Shown here: one piece after another, positions 1-14,290 of the stretch | Layout of the letters: each line of letters begins with the position of its first letter | Position numbering within the stretch: position 1 is the stretch's first letter | DNA from: Felis catus | Lineage: Eukaryota | Direction of reading: 5' to 3' | Assembly (NCBI RefSeq): GCF_018350175.1 | Contig: NC_058368.1 | Coordinates: forward strand, 110,300,001 to 110,364,000 | DNA: 64,000 bases | Program-made: the position numbers and the translations under genes | Notes under the pieces: model-generated | The model's input: only the letters and a program-made list of their open reading frames with translations | Database searches by the model: none | What the model was told of the DNA's origin: nothing

Positions 1-3000
1 AGGGTTGGGGTGGTGACTGGTGAGAGATGAGGCAGCCCGTGGGGGTCAGCCATTCTTTCTACAACCTGTCTGTGGGGCTAATCTAGGGATGGGTAGGCTG
101 AGCTTCTGAACTGTTTCACACACACAGGCCAGGTTGGTGTGGCAAGGTTGGGGGGAGGGCACCGATGAGTCAGACATCAGTGACAGTGAGGCCGGCAAAG
201 CACAAGAGCAAAGAGTTAAGACCACATGGGCATGGCTCTCGAGACCACAAAGCTCAACTCCATAAACTGCCTACACTTCTAACAATCTGCATCTATGCTC
301 CTCAGAGCACCGAGAGGGTGCAGGTGGGCTCCTCAGCCTCGCCACCTCGTCCCCCACTTTAACCCGCTTTCCTACTCCTTCACTAGAGCCTCCCAGGCCT
401 GCCCCCACACCCCTGCTCAGAGCTCCCAAATGTCCACTCACATGTGGGGACTTGTCCCCCGGCTTCTCTGAGGGGAGGCACCAGGTTCTCAGCGACTAGA
501 CCTGGGCTGCGTGGCCCAGGGCCCTGGAGCCGTAGGTTCACGGGGCGGCAGGGCCATGGGGCTGGCGGCAGAAGGTGAAGGCGCAGGAAGGGGTTTGCAG
601 CTCCATGGGAAGGCCAGCCCCCACAGACATCAGGGAGGGGAAAAGGAAGCATAAGCAGGAGATGGTGCGGCTGGAAGAAGCGAGGTGACAGGTGGCCTGC
701 AGTAGGGCCCAGGACATCTCTGGGGCCTCGGAATGACCTTTTCTAGATGTGAGCTCTGGAAGGAGATTCTGCTCCAGGCTCTCAGAGTCCTTGATCTATC
801 ACTCCAATAGCGGGCCTGGATGTCCACCCCTGCATTTCTTCTCTGTCCCTTCCCACCAGATAGGGTCTTATTCTACCCCCATCTCTACTTGAGGGCTCCT
901 CCTCCTAACATACTTGAGTCCTCCACCCACACATATCACCACCATCCCCTTCAACACCCTCCCACCTCCATGAGTTTCTTCCCAACCTCCCCTCCTCCCA
1001 GCACCTCTGCGCTCGAAACCCTCCTGTCACCCACGGTTTGGCCCCTACTGCTCACGGAACGTGACTTGTACTCTTAATTGCTCAGCATACTGCAAGTATA
1101 CAGGTGATTTCTTACAAGTGCTCTTTGTGCTTATTCTTTCTCCCTTCTCATAATCCCACCGTAAGACACCAGCCTACGTACAGGAATTTCCTATAGAATG
1201 CAGCTCAGGACCATCTTTTCTGGTAGCACAAGAGCAGTCACTTTGAATGAGATTAGGTTTACATTTTGTTATACATCTTCATCTAGAATGCCTCATGAAT
1301 CGCTGATAATCTGGTTCTAGTGAGCATGGCCCCAGAAGGGTCTTCATTACTAAAAGTTACCAAGCCAGTTGGTACAACCACTTGGACGGAGAATGGACAT
1401 GTGGCTCAAGGTGGGGCCCTAGTGCGACAGCTAAGTCTTCTGGACTAACAGTTCTGGCTCTGGGGTGGAAATGCCACATGCTGTGGTGCCCCAAGGTAGA
1501 GGACACACAGCAACAGTGAGCAGCCATCCCCACCACGCATCCAGGCTCGTCGTCCAGGTGGGATCTAGGAGGCACGGAGCCAGAAAGTACATGGCCATGT
1601 CAGGTAAGACCACCTTAGGAGAGGGTATAGAGGCTCTGTTTTAGGGAACAAGTTTTGGAAGCTTGCAGGGCTGGGGGTGCTCGGGTTGAAATTCTGAGCC
1701 CTGGACACCACGCGGCTACTGCAGTCAACATAATGTCCAGTCTATGTGGGGGACACTCTGGCACTCCAGCCTCTTCCAGCCTCCAACCCACCCTCTGAGG
1801 GCTCAAGAGCACCAAATCATGGGTCAGGACCAACCTGTGACACTAGATCTGCCATCGGTCACACCCCGAGGTGAGGAATGTGTGGACTAACAGAACAAGC
1901 ATCCTGCTCTGAGACCAGGGATGTAGCAGTGGGACCAGAGAAGGCAGCAGCTACTTTCTCCTTTATTACTCAACAAACGTACCTAATTTCCTTTAGGCTA
2001 CAGTTGAGAAATTAACTTAATCACTACACACAGGTAATAAAAGATGAACAACTGACAGAGGTGTTTAATTCCATCTGCTGATGCAGATTCCGTTCAGCAA
2101 CAGCAGACTGCTCCATCCCCCTCCCAGTCCCCGAGCCCATCCTGGGCCCACGGGTCCTCAAGCCCCAAGAATAGACTCATAGATGTCATCTCTCTTCAAC
2201 CACCTGGCTCTCGGACAGAGCCAAGCACACAGCTGGGTGCTCAGTGGATACTGATTACTAAGATTTAAGATCACCAGATGCCCCAGGTGACCCAGACAGC
2301 CCAGGGCCCAGGGACCCATACTAGGTAGGAGCTACATAGCATCCTGAGAAGGTCAAGCAGGAAGCTGTGCTTTGGGACGCAAGGATATACTCCTAAGCCC
2401 TACTGCCAGGGGATGAACACCCAAGCATGAGGCAGAGAATCCCATTCTTCACAGCCAAATGCTCAAGGGAAAACAACAGCGTATGTAAAAACCAAACAGA
2501 AGACAGTGGAGGAGGAGGAGGAGGAACAGTGGGGCAGATTCTAGAAGCACTCCAATTAGAACATCTACCTGGCAGGCCTCTCCCATTTGCCATCTCCCAG
2601 TGTGCCCACATCAAAGCCTGTTTCACCGGAATGGACGCACAAAGTGTGCCATCAGCAGAACCTGAAGTCTTTACCAAAGAGGAAGAAACTGAGCAGGTTT
2701 TAAATGCAAGGCTCGAAAAAGAAAGGAATGGGGAAAGAGTGATTTTCTTTCTTTAGAGAGCAAAATGTGAATGATAGAATAGCTTTAAAAAGTTTTTATT
2801 CCAATAGTCCTAAGACAAGCATCAAGAAAAGCCATCGAGAGTCTTGCACCTATGAAATGACACCTCCAAAGACAACTTTGTTCCCACTGCCCTCAATCCC
2901 TTCCTCTCTTTGTAGGGACATTTAGCAGCTCCCCTCCCCCGAGGCACAGGCTATTTCTGCTGACCCTGAAAATTCTGAGCACAAAGAGAACATCTTGTGT

Positions 3001-3380
3001 TTGCTTGAGGTTACATTTCATTCTCTGGGCTCCCACTTGGGGATGAGGTTGTGATGTGCCTGCCACACTGATGCTGGCTTCCTGACAGAAGGGACAGCCA
3101 GGGCCAGGCAGGCCCCAGAAAACGTTGCAGGAAGGGGACAGCAAGTGAGTCGGGGGGGTTCACCCCCTCCCACACTCACAGCCCACAGGACTCTAAGGAT
3201 GTTGGAAATTGTGACAGGATTCTACGCTAAAACAAAACCAAACAGAGTCCAGTCTCTCCTGGGGCTTCTTCTGTAAGGAGTCCTAGAAACTCGAGTCACC
3301 TTGTCCAAATTCCGACATGCCGCCAGAATGAGTAAGAGATCACAGACTCACTCACTCCCTTAAAAATGTCTGAATATGCC

Positions 3381-3511
3381 GGGTGCCTGGGTGGCTCAGT
3401 CAGTTGAGCATCCAATTCTTGATCTCTGTTGAGGTCATGACCCCAGGGTCATGGGATCAAGCCCCATGTCAGGCTCTGTGCGGAGCATGGAGCCTGCTGA
3501 AGATTCTCAAT

Positions 3512-3570
<59 letters not shown>

Positions 3571-3634
3571 CCACCTCCCTCCCTCTGCCCCACCCCGTTT
3601 GTGCACACTCTCTAAATTAAAAAGAAAAAGAAAA
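3381..3634 (+). mobile_element. Can-SINE (feliform type) with expanded (TC)n
   Basis: GGGTGCCTGGGTGGCTCAGT head, long (TC)n, A-rich tail. TSD TCTGAATATG (3369-3378) / TCTGAACATG (3635-3644). Confidence 0.93.
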
Positions 3635-4561
3635 TCTGAACATGTTACTGTGTACCAGGCTGTGCTGGCCGCTGACGCCTCTGGGGCTCCAGACCCAAGG
3701 GTACTTACCTTCCACCAGAAAGAGGACCCCCGGGGGTCTCAACACTGAGCAGCAAGCACTACAGCTGAGACAGTCATGCCAGACCGTGGTGAGGAAGAGG
3801 TGCACAGTCCTCCTGATGGACTTAGTGGGACACAAAACCGCAGCTCTGACTGCCGCGTTCTGCACCAGGTATTACACGCACCGTCCTACCACACAACTCC
3901 CACATCAGCCCTGTTATCATGTCCATTTTACTCACTGCTAACCTCGAGGTCAGAAAGACTAAGTGACTTTCTTAACTATATTTGAGCCACTGAGCCCTCT
4001 GACTTGAGGAGCCCCGGAGGCAAAATTAGCACTGGAGACACTAGAGGTACACATCACGCAAGTGATCCAGCCTCAGCAGGAAAAACCAACTGTGGGGTTT
4101 TAAAATAACCATCCTGGAGGAGAAAGGGGGAAAGGAAAACATACAGAGTTGGGTCAGCAAAGTAGGGCAGTTGGGGTTTGGGAAGGGGTGGGGGGCAACA
4201 GCTGTTTCTCTCCAGGGCCCAGGGAGCTGCCCGCAGCAGGAGCCGGCCCCACTGCCAGCCAAGCTACCAAGAGCACAGAGAAGGACTCAACCTGAGCAGG
4301 AAGACATGTGTTGTCAGAAAAGGAGGCCATGCTTCAGAAGCCCAGGCCGCTGGCCGAGGCGGAAATAGGGGTTGTCAGGTTGGCACCTCTCACCTCTGTT
4401 GCTGGGCCAGGCTGCCAATACCCTCGCGGATGAGTAGGTGGCCAGCAGAAGTGGTTTCTTAAGCCACTGAGTAGTCCACGAGAGGCTCACTGGTGATCAG
4501 GGGTGTTCTCTGGCCAGGATTTCTGTGAGAAATAGGGGGATCACTTCCTTTCTCAACACTT

Positions 4562-4793
4562 GTTATTATTATTATTATTTTATTTTTTATATATTTAAAA
4601 AATTTTTTAATGTTTATTTATTTTTGAGAGAAAGAGAGACAGAGCATGAGCAGGGGAGGGAGAGAGGGAGACACAGAATCCAAAGCAGGTTGCAGGCTCT
4701 GAGCTGTCAGCACAGAGCCCAAACTCATGAACCACAAGATCATGACCTGGGCCGAAATGGGACACCTAACCGACTGAGCCACCCAGGTGCCTC
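4562..4793 (-). mobile_element. Can-SINE (SINEC_Fc-like)
   Basis: Reverse-complement head CTGAGCCACCCAGGTGCC, GAGAGA tract, and a T-rich tail decayed into (TTA)n. Confidence 0.92.
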
Positions 4794-4812
4794 TCCTTCA
4801 CAACTCTTAAAA

Positions 4813-4814
<2 letters not shown>

Positions 4815-4858
<44 letters not shown>
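4815..4858. repeat. (AC)n microsatellite
   Basis: About 22 perfect AC units. Confidence 0.97.
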
Positions 4859-4860
<2 letters not shown>

Positions 4861-5381
4861 TCTGAGTATAACTGAAAACTCAAACTTTATAGTATTTTAA
4901 CACTGGCAGCTTTTCTTTCCAGCTAAGACATCCAGAGAGATTTCAACTTGGACTCAATGCTATGTTGGAACATTGAGGAGAGGGGAAAACAAAGGACTTG
5001 GTTTCCAGATGAACCAGCAAGCACTTGCACAAATACCTTCTTGGCATTTCTTACAGATGGGGGAAGCCAGTGATCTCTAAGGTGATTCCCTGTTGGTCAA
5101 CACCAGTCCCCCACCAGCACCAGCTTCTCCTCATCCTTGCCCCAGGCACAGTTGAGCTCAGAGGCTCCCTTTGATTGAGGGAATATCTGAACCCCACAGG
5201 CCACATATCTTCCATTCTCCATTTCATCTCTGGTAGGAAAAAAAAATAAAACTGCCTTTTACCAGAAGAGATCATCAACCAACTAGCAGTGTTGTGCCAT
5301 TTTTCACGAGCTGATTAAAGAGATAGTGAAGAAACTTTAAAGACCATGATCAAGAAACCCTGCACCCCACTCTTCCTTTAA

Positions 5382-5601
5382 TTTTTTTTATTTTTTTTTA
5401 ACGTTTATTTTATTTTTGAGACAGGGAGAGACAGCATGAATGGGGGAGGACCAGAGAGAGAGGGAGACACAGAATCTGAAACAGGCTCCAGGCTCTGAGC
5501 TGTCAGCACAGAGCCCGACGCGGGGCTCGAACTCACGGACCATGAGATCATGACCTGAGCCGAAGTCGGAGGCTCAACCGACTGAGCCACCCAGGCGCCC
5601 C
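5382..5601 (-). mobile_element. Young Can-SINE (SINEC_Fc-like)
   Basis: Near-consensus with CpGs retained. 17-bp TSD CCCCACT(C/G)TTCCTTTAA at 5365-5381 and 5602-5618. Confidence 0.96.
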
Positions 5602-8600
5602 CCCCACTGTTCCTTTAAAATCCAGCCGCACCTGTCACTCCAACATAGAGGAGTGCTTGTGTGTGACACATACACCTGCAAGTTGACTCCCCCCCCCATG
5701 CATGGGCACAAGGACCTCTTTCTGGGATAAGCACCCATCTTCCCTATCTTGGAGCTACATCTTTCTAGCCATGAAATTCAGACAGATACCGCAGAGAACA
5801 ACACTGGATCTACATCTGGAGACCTAGTACCTCCATGCGGCAGGAGAAGGCTACTGTGGGGCACACCCCCCTTTGTGTGTAAGTCTGGCCTTTTACTTCC
5901 TTTATAGATAAAAAAGTATAAATAGAAGTATAAATGAGGAGATGATAGGAATTGTACATAGTAGCTTCATCTTTAAAAATAAGGTTTTCATTTTTCTGCT
6001 CTGCAAAATCACCAAGTCTAGGACCACTTCTGTAGGGCACAGTCCCCAGCTCACGGCCAATATTTAGCCCTGTTACACAAGGAATGAGAGAGGCCATTCA
6101 AGTTCCTCTCTCCAGATCAGTATTCTGAGAACTTCCTCCTTCTCTCAGGGACACCCACAGGGCGCTGCTACCATCCACGCACACTGCAGTCAAGACTCAG
6201 GTCTGTGTGCAGCGACAGGAAAGCAATACTGGTCAGAGAGACCCCAAATGGTCACCATGCCCCTCCCCCCATCACGTGACAGGGAACTCCTCACTGCTAT
6301 ACCCTTCCCAAAGGGGGACACACAACAGGACTTGAGACAAACAAGGATGGGCCACACCTTTACATTTTCCGGGTGTTGTACGGCCATACAAGAATACAAG
6401 AGGTAGAATTGCATCTGACAGGACACTTAAAACATTCATCACACAGTTTAAAGGGGCCCAGTCAGCAGCCATAGAATTAAGACTTATAGACAAACCAAAA
6501 GGGATCTGAGTTGGCATCCTGGCCACCCTCTCACTTTCCACATGAAGAAACTGAGGGTGGAGAAGAGAAGGGAGTGACTCAAGTCCATGGACCTAGTTTG
6601 TGCCAGGCTAGACCTGGAATAAATGAGATCCTGTGTTCTTACCCAGACATCAGCAGCCTTAGGCAGACTGCACTTCTGAGTTAGAAGATTTCTACTGTGT
6701 TTAAGGGGCTCTGCTTGGTTCTCCCCAGTGGGTCATCTTTCAAGTTTTGGAAGTGAGTGAAAGGGCTAATCGGCTTTACTCTGGACTGCAGAGAGAAGTC
6801 CAGCCCAGATAACACAGGTGGATCACTAGCATTTGGGACGTGCCTGATGTTGTCCTCAGCTCCAGTGCCAAAGCTGGGAACTTCTACTCACTTACTGACC
6901 CAAAAAACATACTTCAGAGCTCTCTGCCTCCACCTCCCCTCCCATCCCCACCACCCCCCTCCATATCTGTCAGATCTCACTACAACACAGATACTTACCC
7001 TGGGGACTGCTTCCTCCAAAGCATGAGAGTATGACACCATCCCCTGGAGAAGAGGAGGAAACCCCAGGTAAACCACTAGCTGCCCCTCCCCCCACACCCC
7101 CACCAGAATTCTGTTCCCCTCTCTACCCTGCAGGGGTCTATTCACAGCTGGAGTCTGTGATACCACTCTGTACTAAGCCCAGAAGTGCTGTCAGACAAAC
7201 AGACTAAAATTAAACTAAAGCAAAGTTAATTTTATTTTCTGAATTTCATGACACTCCTTGAAACATCCAAGCACAGCACGGGGCTAGGATCTACTCGTCT
7301 CCAGGGTCAGCTAGTGGCTCCTTCAAGACCAAGTATTAAATGAGAATATCCAGGTTTTACTTTTTAAAATACCTCTTAGTACTAGGATGAAGATCCCAGT
7401 AAGAAGGAGACTGGGTTTCTCTTGGTCCATGCCTTCCCAACTCAAGGGAAAGCCTAAGGCCAAAAAGCAAATACGTGTGGCCACCCATTAGGAGAGAGGC
7501 AAAGCTGAATGGACGAATGGCTTCTTGGCCACAGGGGCATGCCTCCTCCTCCAAACACCAGTGTATCTGGGTCTCACTGCAGTTTGCTCAGGTGTCACTT
7601 GCTCAGAGTATAGGGCCTATCTCATCCGATCCTCTTCATCTCTGGGACCAGTGACCTCCACCTACCCGGTGGCTGCAGACAAGACAAGGCCCAGAAGACT
7701 CGTAGCAGAAACCACAGTGGTCAAAGCAGAAGGACAATGACCCTGGTTTGGCAGGAGAGAAGAGTAGAGCCCACTCACAGGGTGCCTGTTAGAGCCTGTC
7801 TGACACCATCATGGCATTTACTTCGGTCTAAATGGTAAACAAGAGAGATAACCCGCAAGTCATAGAGAATAAATCACGCAGATGATTGGGGCCTGGCGGA
7901 TTTGATGCTGCCAACTCCCCGAAAAATGGAAATCAGAACCCCATTTATAACGCATGGCCTGATGTCCTGATTACAAGGGTGGAAAGTTTCCTAGAGAAGC
8001 ATAGATTATTTAGCAGCAGAGGCATAAAAAGAAGTAGATGAGTAAATGCTAAATTAAGAGGAAGAAGAATAATGGTTTTCTGTGAACTCATAAATGTTCA
8101 TTTTCCTGGGTCACAGAACTTTTCAGAGCCAATTAAAACTCTATTAACTACGATCTCAAAATACACAAGGGGCACACAGCACACTGACTGGTACAGGCTA
8201 GGAGGCTTGCCGGGAGCAGTCAGAGAGGAGGAATATGCAACACAAAGACAAACACAGTGACTTTCCCTGTCCAAGGGTAAAAATAAAAACAAGACCCTCA
8301 AACACAGCACCAACCTGGTGAGTGCGTCCCCAAACCAGAGGCCCTGGGGACAGGTACCCAGCAGGACACCAGCATGAGTGACATGGAGACAGTGACAGGT
8401 GGGATTACGGGAGCGTGGGCTGACCCTCGGGATTTAAGTCACCTGCACACAAGCCAGTGAGGAACCTTGGGTGCAGAGATCCAAGTTTACCTGTCCACCT
8501 GATCATTTCTAAATAGGTGAAAAAGACTCTCAAACCCAGGCTATTTCAATTCACTGTTCCACTCACCTCCCTACCCCCAGGCCCATCTAGTGTCAAGCTA

Positions 8601-8764
8601 TTTCCCAGCATGACTGCAACTTGTAAGTTTCTCTCCTTTTGCTGACTACAGTCAGCTTCATCATAGTGACAAATGCTAAGGAAAAAAAAAAAAAAAGCTA
8701 GTGTTAATCACTAAATAGAATCTCTTTCTTGGATGTGTACAGAGTGGATAGGGGGACTCCTCTA

Positions 8765-8926
8765 GAGCTTTTCCACCCAGCGACCCCTGGGAGCAGAAGT
8801 ATCAGCATGACCTGGAGCTGATGATGAATACAGACTCTGGGGCCCTATCCTAGATGTACTACATCAGCATTTGATCAGGACCCCCTGGCCCTTTGCAAGC
8901 ACACTCAAGTTCGAGAGATGCTGCTG
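8765..8926. mobile_element. MER5A-like non-autonomous hAT-Charlie DNA element
   Basis: Degenerate match to MER5A motifs: atcagcatgacctggagct...cagactctggggccc...cactcaagttcgagagatgctg. Confidence 0.6.
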
Positions 8927-9129
8927 TAGGCCATAGCCCACACCAACTCCGGAGGTGGCAACTGGCTCATCCATCTTCCGTGGGAACTTGAGGTACTTGC
9001 CACCCTTCTTCACCTAGAATGGGTTTACTCACACGTCTGCAGATGGGAGGCTGTGCTCTCTCCCCAGTGTGACCTGAGAAACTAAAATCCACACCTGCTG
9101 ACAGAGAATAATCATAAGACAGCCATGGC

Positions 9130-9363
9130 AGGAGTTCCGAGGTTGCTCAGATGGTTAAGCACCCAACTTCGGCTCAGGTCATGATCTCATGGTTCATGAG
9201 TTCGAACCCTGTGTTGGGCTCTGTGCTGTCAGCTCAGAGCCTGGAGCCTGCTTTGGATTCTGTGTTCCCTCCCTCTCTGCCCCTCCCCATTTGCACTCGG
9301 TGTGTGTGTGTGTGTGTGTGTCTCTCTCTCTCTCGAAAATAAACACTAAAAAATTAAAAAAAG
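9130..9363 (+). mobile_element. Can-SINE (SINEC_Fc-like)
   Basis: SINE body with (TG)n(TC)n and A tail. TSD AAGACAG(C/T)CATGGC at 9116-9129 and 9364-9377. Confidence 0.94.
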
Positions 9364-12300
9364 AAGACAGTCATGGCTGAATATTCAAGAACCAGAGAAG
9401 AGACTGCCCCTGAACCCCCATGCCCACTCCACAGCTGCAACAGAGGTTTTGGATCCTCTAAGAGGATGCATAGTCCCAATGCTCCACACCCTGAGGAAAA
9501 GCCCACTTGGGCCTCTTTCTGAGACAGTTGACCAAGAATCTCATCTTAGCAAGCCAGTTAAATGCTGGAACTAGCACCATGAGTGTTTGGGAATAGGGAC
9601 TCCATAGAAAGCATCCATAAGAGATGCGTGCAGGCCAGCAGATGAGGTTCAGAAAATGCCAGCTGGACTTGGATGTTCAAAGGGAAGAGAGAGGTGGTTT
9701 CCCCACACCCACAGTCTGAGGGCTAAGAGTAAGGAGAGGTGACTAACAGACACCTCGCAGCCCGCAGAACATCAGCTACTCTTCCCCAGTCACTAGTTAG
9801 AAGAGTGGAGCATGGTTTGTGGATGGGGAGGAGAACATGACTAGAAGGGCCAGGGAGCGTTGTCTTAAATTCAATCAACTGTGTAAGAACAAGGACAAGG
9901 ATTAGAGAAAAGAAGTATTTTTTAAAACTTATTGCCCAGTCTCACAGCCCACATCTTCTTGAATGTCCGGCCAATGCAAAAGGGAGTCAGGGCACTCCAG
10001 GTGTCTGTGTTAGAAGCCACATCTACCCAGGGACAGGAGCGCCCCTGAGAGCAGTTGGCAACACCGAGGACCAATACTTGCAAGAAGGGCAAAGAGCCAT
10101 TCTGTGCTTTCTTAGGCTGACCCCTGGGGTTAGGAAGGTGGGTGAGCACTCTGATTACTGATACCACCGACATATTTATTCCTCGAAGACTTCCCTGTGA
10201 GATCTTCTATACATTGAGAACACCTGGTGTTTGACTTCAAAGCATTTCTCTACTCTGTAAGCACAGGGGCATATGAAGCTGCCCATTTTAAAAGGAACCC
10301 ATGTTTATAGTTATTTAGGGCAGGACTAGAAACTGCAGGTCAGAGCAATTTAGAGAAAGGACAGTAGGACACAAGAAGGATTTTAAGAGCTATGTGATGG
10401 CCACCAGCCAATCCCAGAGCCCAGCCAATGGTGGGAACACAACATCCAGGGCCCAAAGAGTTAAGGGGGGATGCTCCCACAAATGACTGCCCCTCGGGAG
10501 GGGGCACATCCCTGGGGCTGCCACTTCTCAATTTCCTGGTCTCCCCAGATACAAAATTCTACCAATACTGATTTTAGTACTGTATTTATCTCAGCCAGAG
10601 TGTAGGGAAAGGGGGGAAGTTTTAATTCTTTTAGAATTTCACAAAGTTCTATCTCTCAGAATTGTTTCCCTTGAATTCAGAATTCCATTAGTATTCTAGG
10701 CCACATTCTGCCACTCAGCTCTTATTAAAGAGGCACTCCACCCAGCTACATTTCTTTTCATCTACATTTGTAAAATGATAAACTCCTTGAAGCTATTTCA
10801 ACTGCACCTCTGTACATAAGACAATAATTTAACAAAATTTACATTTGCTATCATTGCTTTAAAAATGTGCGAACACACATACACACTGGTCATTTAATCC
10901 TTATTTACCCTTAGGACACTCCAGTAATTGTTGAAATACCTTTAAAGGCAAGTCAAATCTTATTAATTCTTTCCCAGTACTTAAAACTCTGAAGTCAATG
11001 AATGTTTTGTTAAGTACTAATATCAGAAAGGAAACATACACAGAAACATTTTACCATTTAGCTCCTGAAAAGGTTTTCTCATTTATTTACTGAGTCCCAA
11101 AAAAGTCTACTGGTTAGGATTCTTCCACAAAGTAAGACTCCAAAGAACCTGCCAGAGGAGTTAGGTATCGTTTGGTCAGTTATGGATATATTAATAGCTC
11201 TAACTCCAAAAAGAAACTGCCCAGAATCTCCAACACAAAAAGAAAACCCTGGATGTTGATGAGATCCCAGCCTGGCCTGGCCTGCAAGCTGCTTACAGGT
11301 TTGTTGGGGAGACCACTCAGCTCCCCACTGGCACACACTTCAATGACTGGGTGTCCCATCTGGACTTTAAAACCACGAGGGTGACCTCATGACTAGTAAC
11401 AAACGTTGAATACCAATTGGCTCAAAAACACAATGAGTCTCTACTTGGATCTGAAAACTATTAGACGTTGTAAGGAAGAGAAACATAAGTAAGTTAGGCT
11501 TCATTTGCATGCTAAAAATAAAGAGTTAAAAAAAAAAAACCAAACCAAGAGGAACAAAGACTAGTTCAGAATGAGACATCAAATGACCAAGAGTGCCCAA
11601 AGAAGGATCTAGAGAAAGGCAAGAACCAGAGCAGGGTCTCGCAGGAGGAGGAAGATTTCAGATATGTGTAAAGAAGGGACGGCATCCCAGACATGAGGAC
11701 CCTAATGAGTTAACGGCATGAAGAGGCTATGCATAAAGCATGCTAGAGATCAGCAAACAAAAGAGTTCCATATAAATGTTCTGCTCTATCTGAACATTTA
11801 CTGTCCTGGATCCTAGGCCCATGCGCACTGTCATCATCTCATTTAATCATTGATGAAAGCAGACTCAGTGAGTAGAAGTTATTATAGTTTGCGAAAATTC
11901 CATCTATAGCCACAAGAACTGGATCGATAAAACAGCTGTTCCTGCATTTGGGAGTCTGCTGAGGCATCGCTTCCTGTTTCAGAAGCAACCACATGCCTGG
12001 ACCCAGGAGACAAGTGCATCCCCTGGCCTCTGTCCCGACGGGAGGAGAAAATCAACACCCCGATCTAACCAACAAAAAGCCTTACTTCCTCAGCCTGAGC
12101 AGTATCTATGCTTTCTTGATGGTGCACAAAGTATTACAGTGTTAAGAGCAGAGATAAAGATGTCCTAGGCTGATATTAACTTACCTTCACTTTGCCTCGA
12201 GCTAAATCCCACCTTAATTGGCTTGACTTGTTTAATTGAAATAAGTGATTTACAACAGTGGGCCACGGAGCCCCAATAGTAAGGAGACTAAATAAGCTTA

Positions 12301-12901
12301 TCTGTGTGTTTGCCTGTTTGCTTTGTTATTAAATATTCAACAATGTGTTTGTAGGGCTGAAGTGATCATTTTCCTTTGGTGTAGATAGGAGTCCAATGAC
12401 TAAGCCACTCCCATATAAGAAATGCCGCCCTAGCCAGCTAGTCAGCCTCCAGGCTCTTTCCGAAGAGCATTAAGTCAAGTCCTTCGTAGACTGTGACAAG
12501 AGAGATACTGCTGCTCTTCAAATCATCTGTGCACCACAGAAGGAAGCCACACAAACTTCAACAGCAAAGATGAGCATTCAGCTACTTCCAAAGCTCCCCT
12601 AAAACTAAGGTTTGTAGGCTTGGGATTGCATTACAATTAAGTGATAATGAGAAAGAAATCGTATCTCTTGATCAAATAATGCATTAATCCTACTGTCCAT
12701 ATACCGTGTGTCGTTATGCACTCTCTGGTAATATTGACTTTTGGAGGTAATATTCTTCTTGCTCCTTCCATAAGATAGGAAATAAGCACAGAGAAAAGAG
12801 AAAGGGCGTGCGTCAAAGAGGACAATGGAAGCTGAAATGCCCTGAGAAGCTCAAGTTAGAATTTCATATTTACCACATCATCAAAGAAATCCCAGGTGCT
12901 A

Positions 12902-13142
12902 TTTTTTAACTTTCTTTTTTAATGTTTATTTATTTTTGAGAGAGCGCGAGAGACAGCACAAGCACAGGTACACGAGCAAGCAGGGGAGGGGCAGAGAGCG
13001 AGGGAGACATAGAATGTGAAGCAGGTTCCAGGCTCTGAGCTGTCAGCACAGAGCCCAATGGGGGGCTCAAACTCATGAACCGTGAGATCATGATCCAAGC
13101 TGAAGTTGGACGCTTAACCAACTGAGCCAGCCAGGCGCCCCC
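12902..13142 (-). mobile_element. Can-SINE (SINEC_Fc-like)
   Basis: Reverse-complement SINE flanked by AAATCCCAGGT on both sides. Confidence 0.94.
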
Positions 13143-13910
13143 CAAAAAATCCCAGGTAGTTTTAATGAAAGGCTGTGGTTCTTTCTTACAGTTAGTCACA
13201 CAAAGCATTTTCTGCAGAAAAACTCCCCCCCGCCCAGAGCCCCAAATTCATCAGGCCTACTACCTGAGCAGGGCTAGGTTGCAATTGATGATGAATCCTC
13301 TTCAGTACTTAAGACCAAGTTCACTAAGCAATTAGCAGTGTATGGAGACTCTCCAGGGAAGCATTGGAGAATAAGTTTTTCAAGCACTTTAGAAGCATTT
13401 ATATATACCTAACATGCCATTAATCATTCTTATCTGTTCATTAAGACAGTCTCCCTTAGGACCCCTACTTGCCAGTTCTTTCTCAGCCTGGTTCTTTTTA
13501 TCTGTATACGTGAAAAGGAGTCTCTCTCTTTTAAAACACATTTTATAATTAAAAGACTTCATTAATTCACATGGGTGTGCTCCACCACTGAGTCTGCATT
13601 TTCAGAGTTTTATTAAATATACAAAAAGGCCCTTCTCTTGAGGGTCTTTGTGGAAGACAAGCCATACAACAGAAGCTTGGTTGCGGAGCGCAGTCTTAGC
13701 ATTGGAGAGATTTTAGACTATTACAGTGTGATATAAACCTCCTGTCTATATCAACACATGTTGTTTCCTTCTGTCCCCTACCAAAAACGGGGAACAATTT
13801 TAATTCACACTGCAATTTAACTGGTATAAACTCAAGGTAGGGAAGAAATCAGATATGGTAACACTGAAAAGCAGCCAGTTTTGAATGTCATATCATCTGT
13901 TACGTAACTA

Positions 13911-14120
<210 letters not shown>

Positions 14121-14164
14121 CTACCACCAACCCTTCTGTTCTACTGTAAGAGAAGTTCTAATAC

Positions 14165-14290
14165 TTGTGAGGCTTAGTTTATTCACTTCCAAAATGGGCT
14201 CAGTGAGATGTGTACTTTATAGGGTTGCTATGAGGGTCAAAGAGGTCAGCGTTGACACACAGTGGTGACACTATAAATGCTAGTTGTTAC
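14165..14290 (+). mobile_element. MIR fragment
   Basis: Degenerate MIR core: ggcttagtttattcac...aaaatggg...tttatagggttgctatgaggg. Confidence 0.55.

Noticed and set aside
3703..12187. Perfect minus-strand AAG|GTAAGT donors at ~3709 and ~12185
   Set aside because: Such 8-9-mers occur by chance at about this frequency in 64 kb, and I found no convincing paired acceptor or reading frame. Cryptic UTR exons are not excluded.
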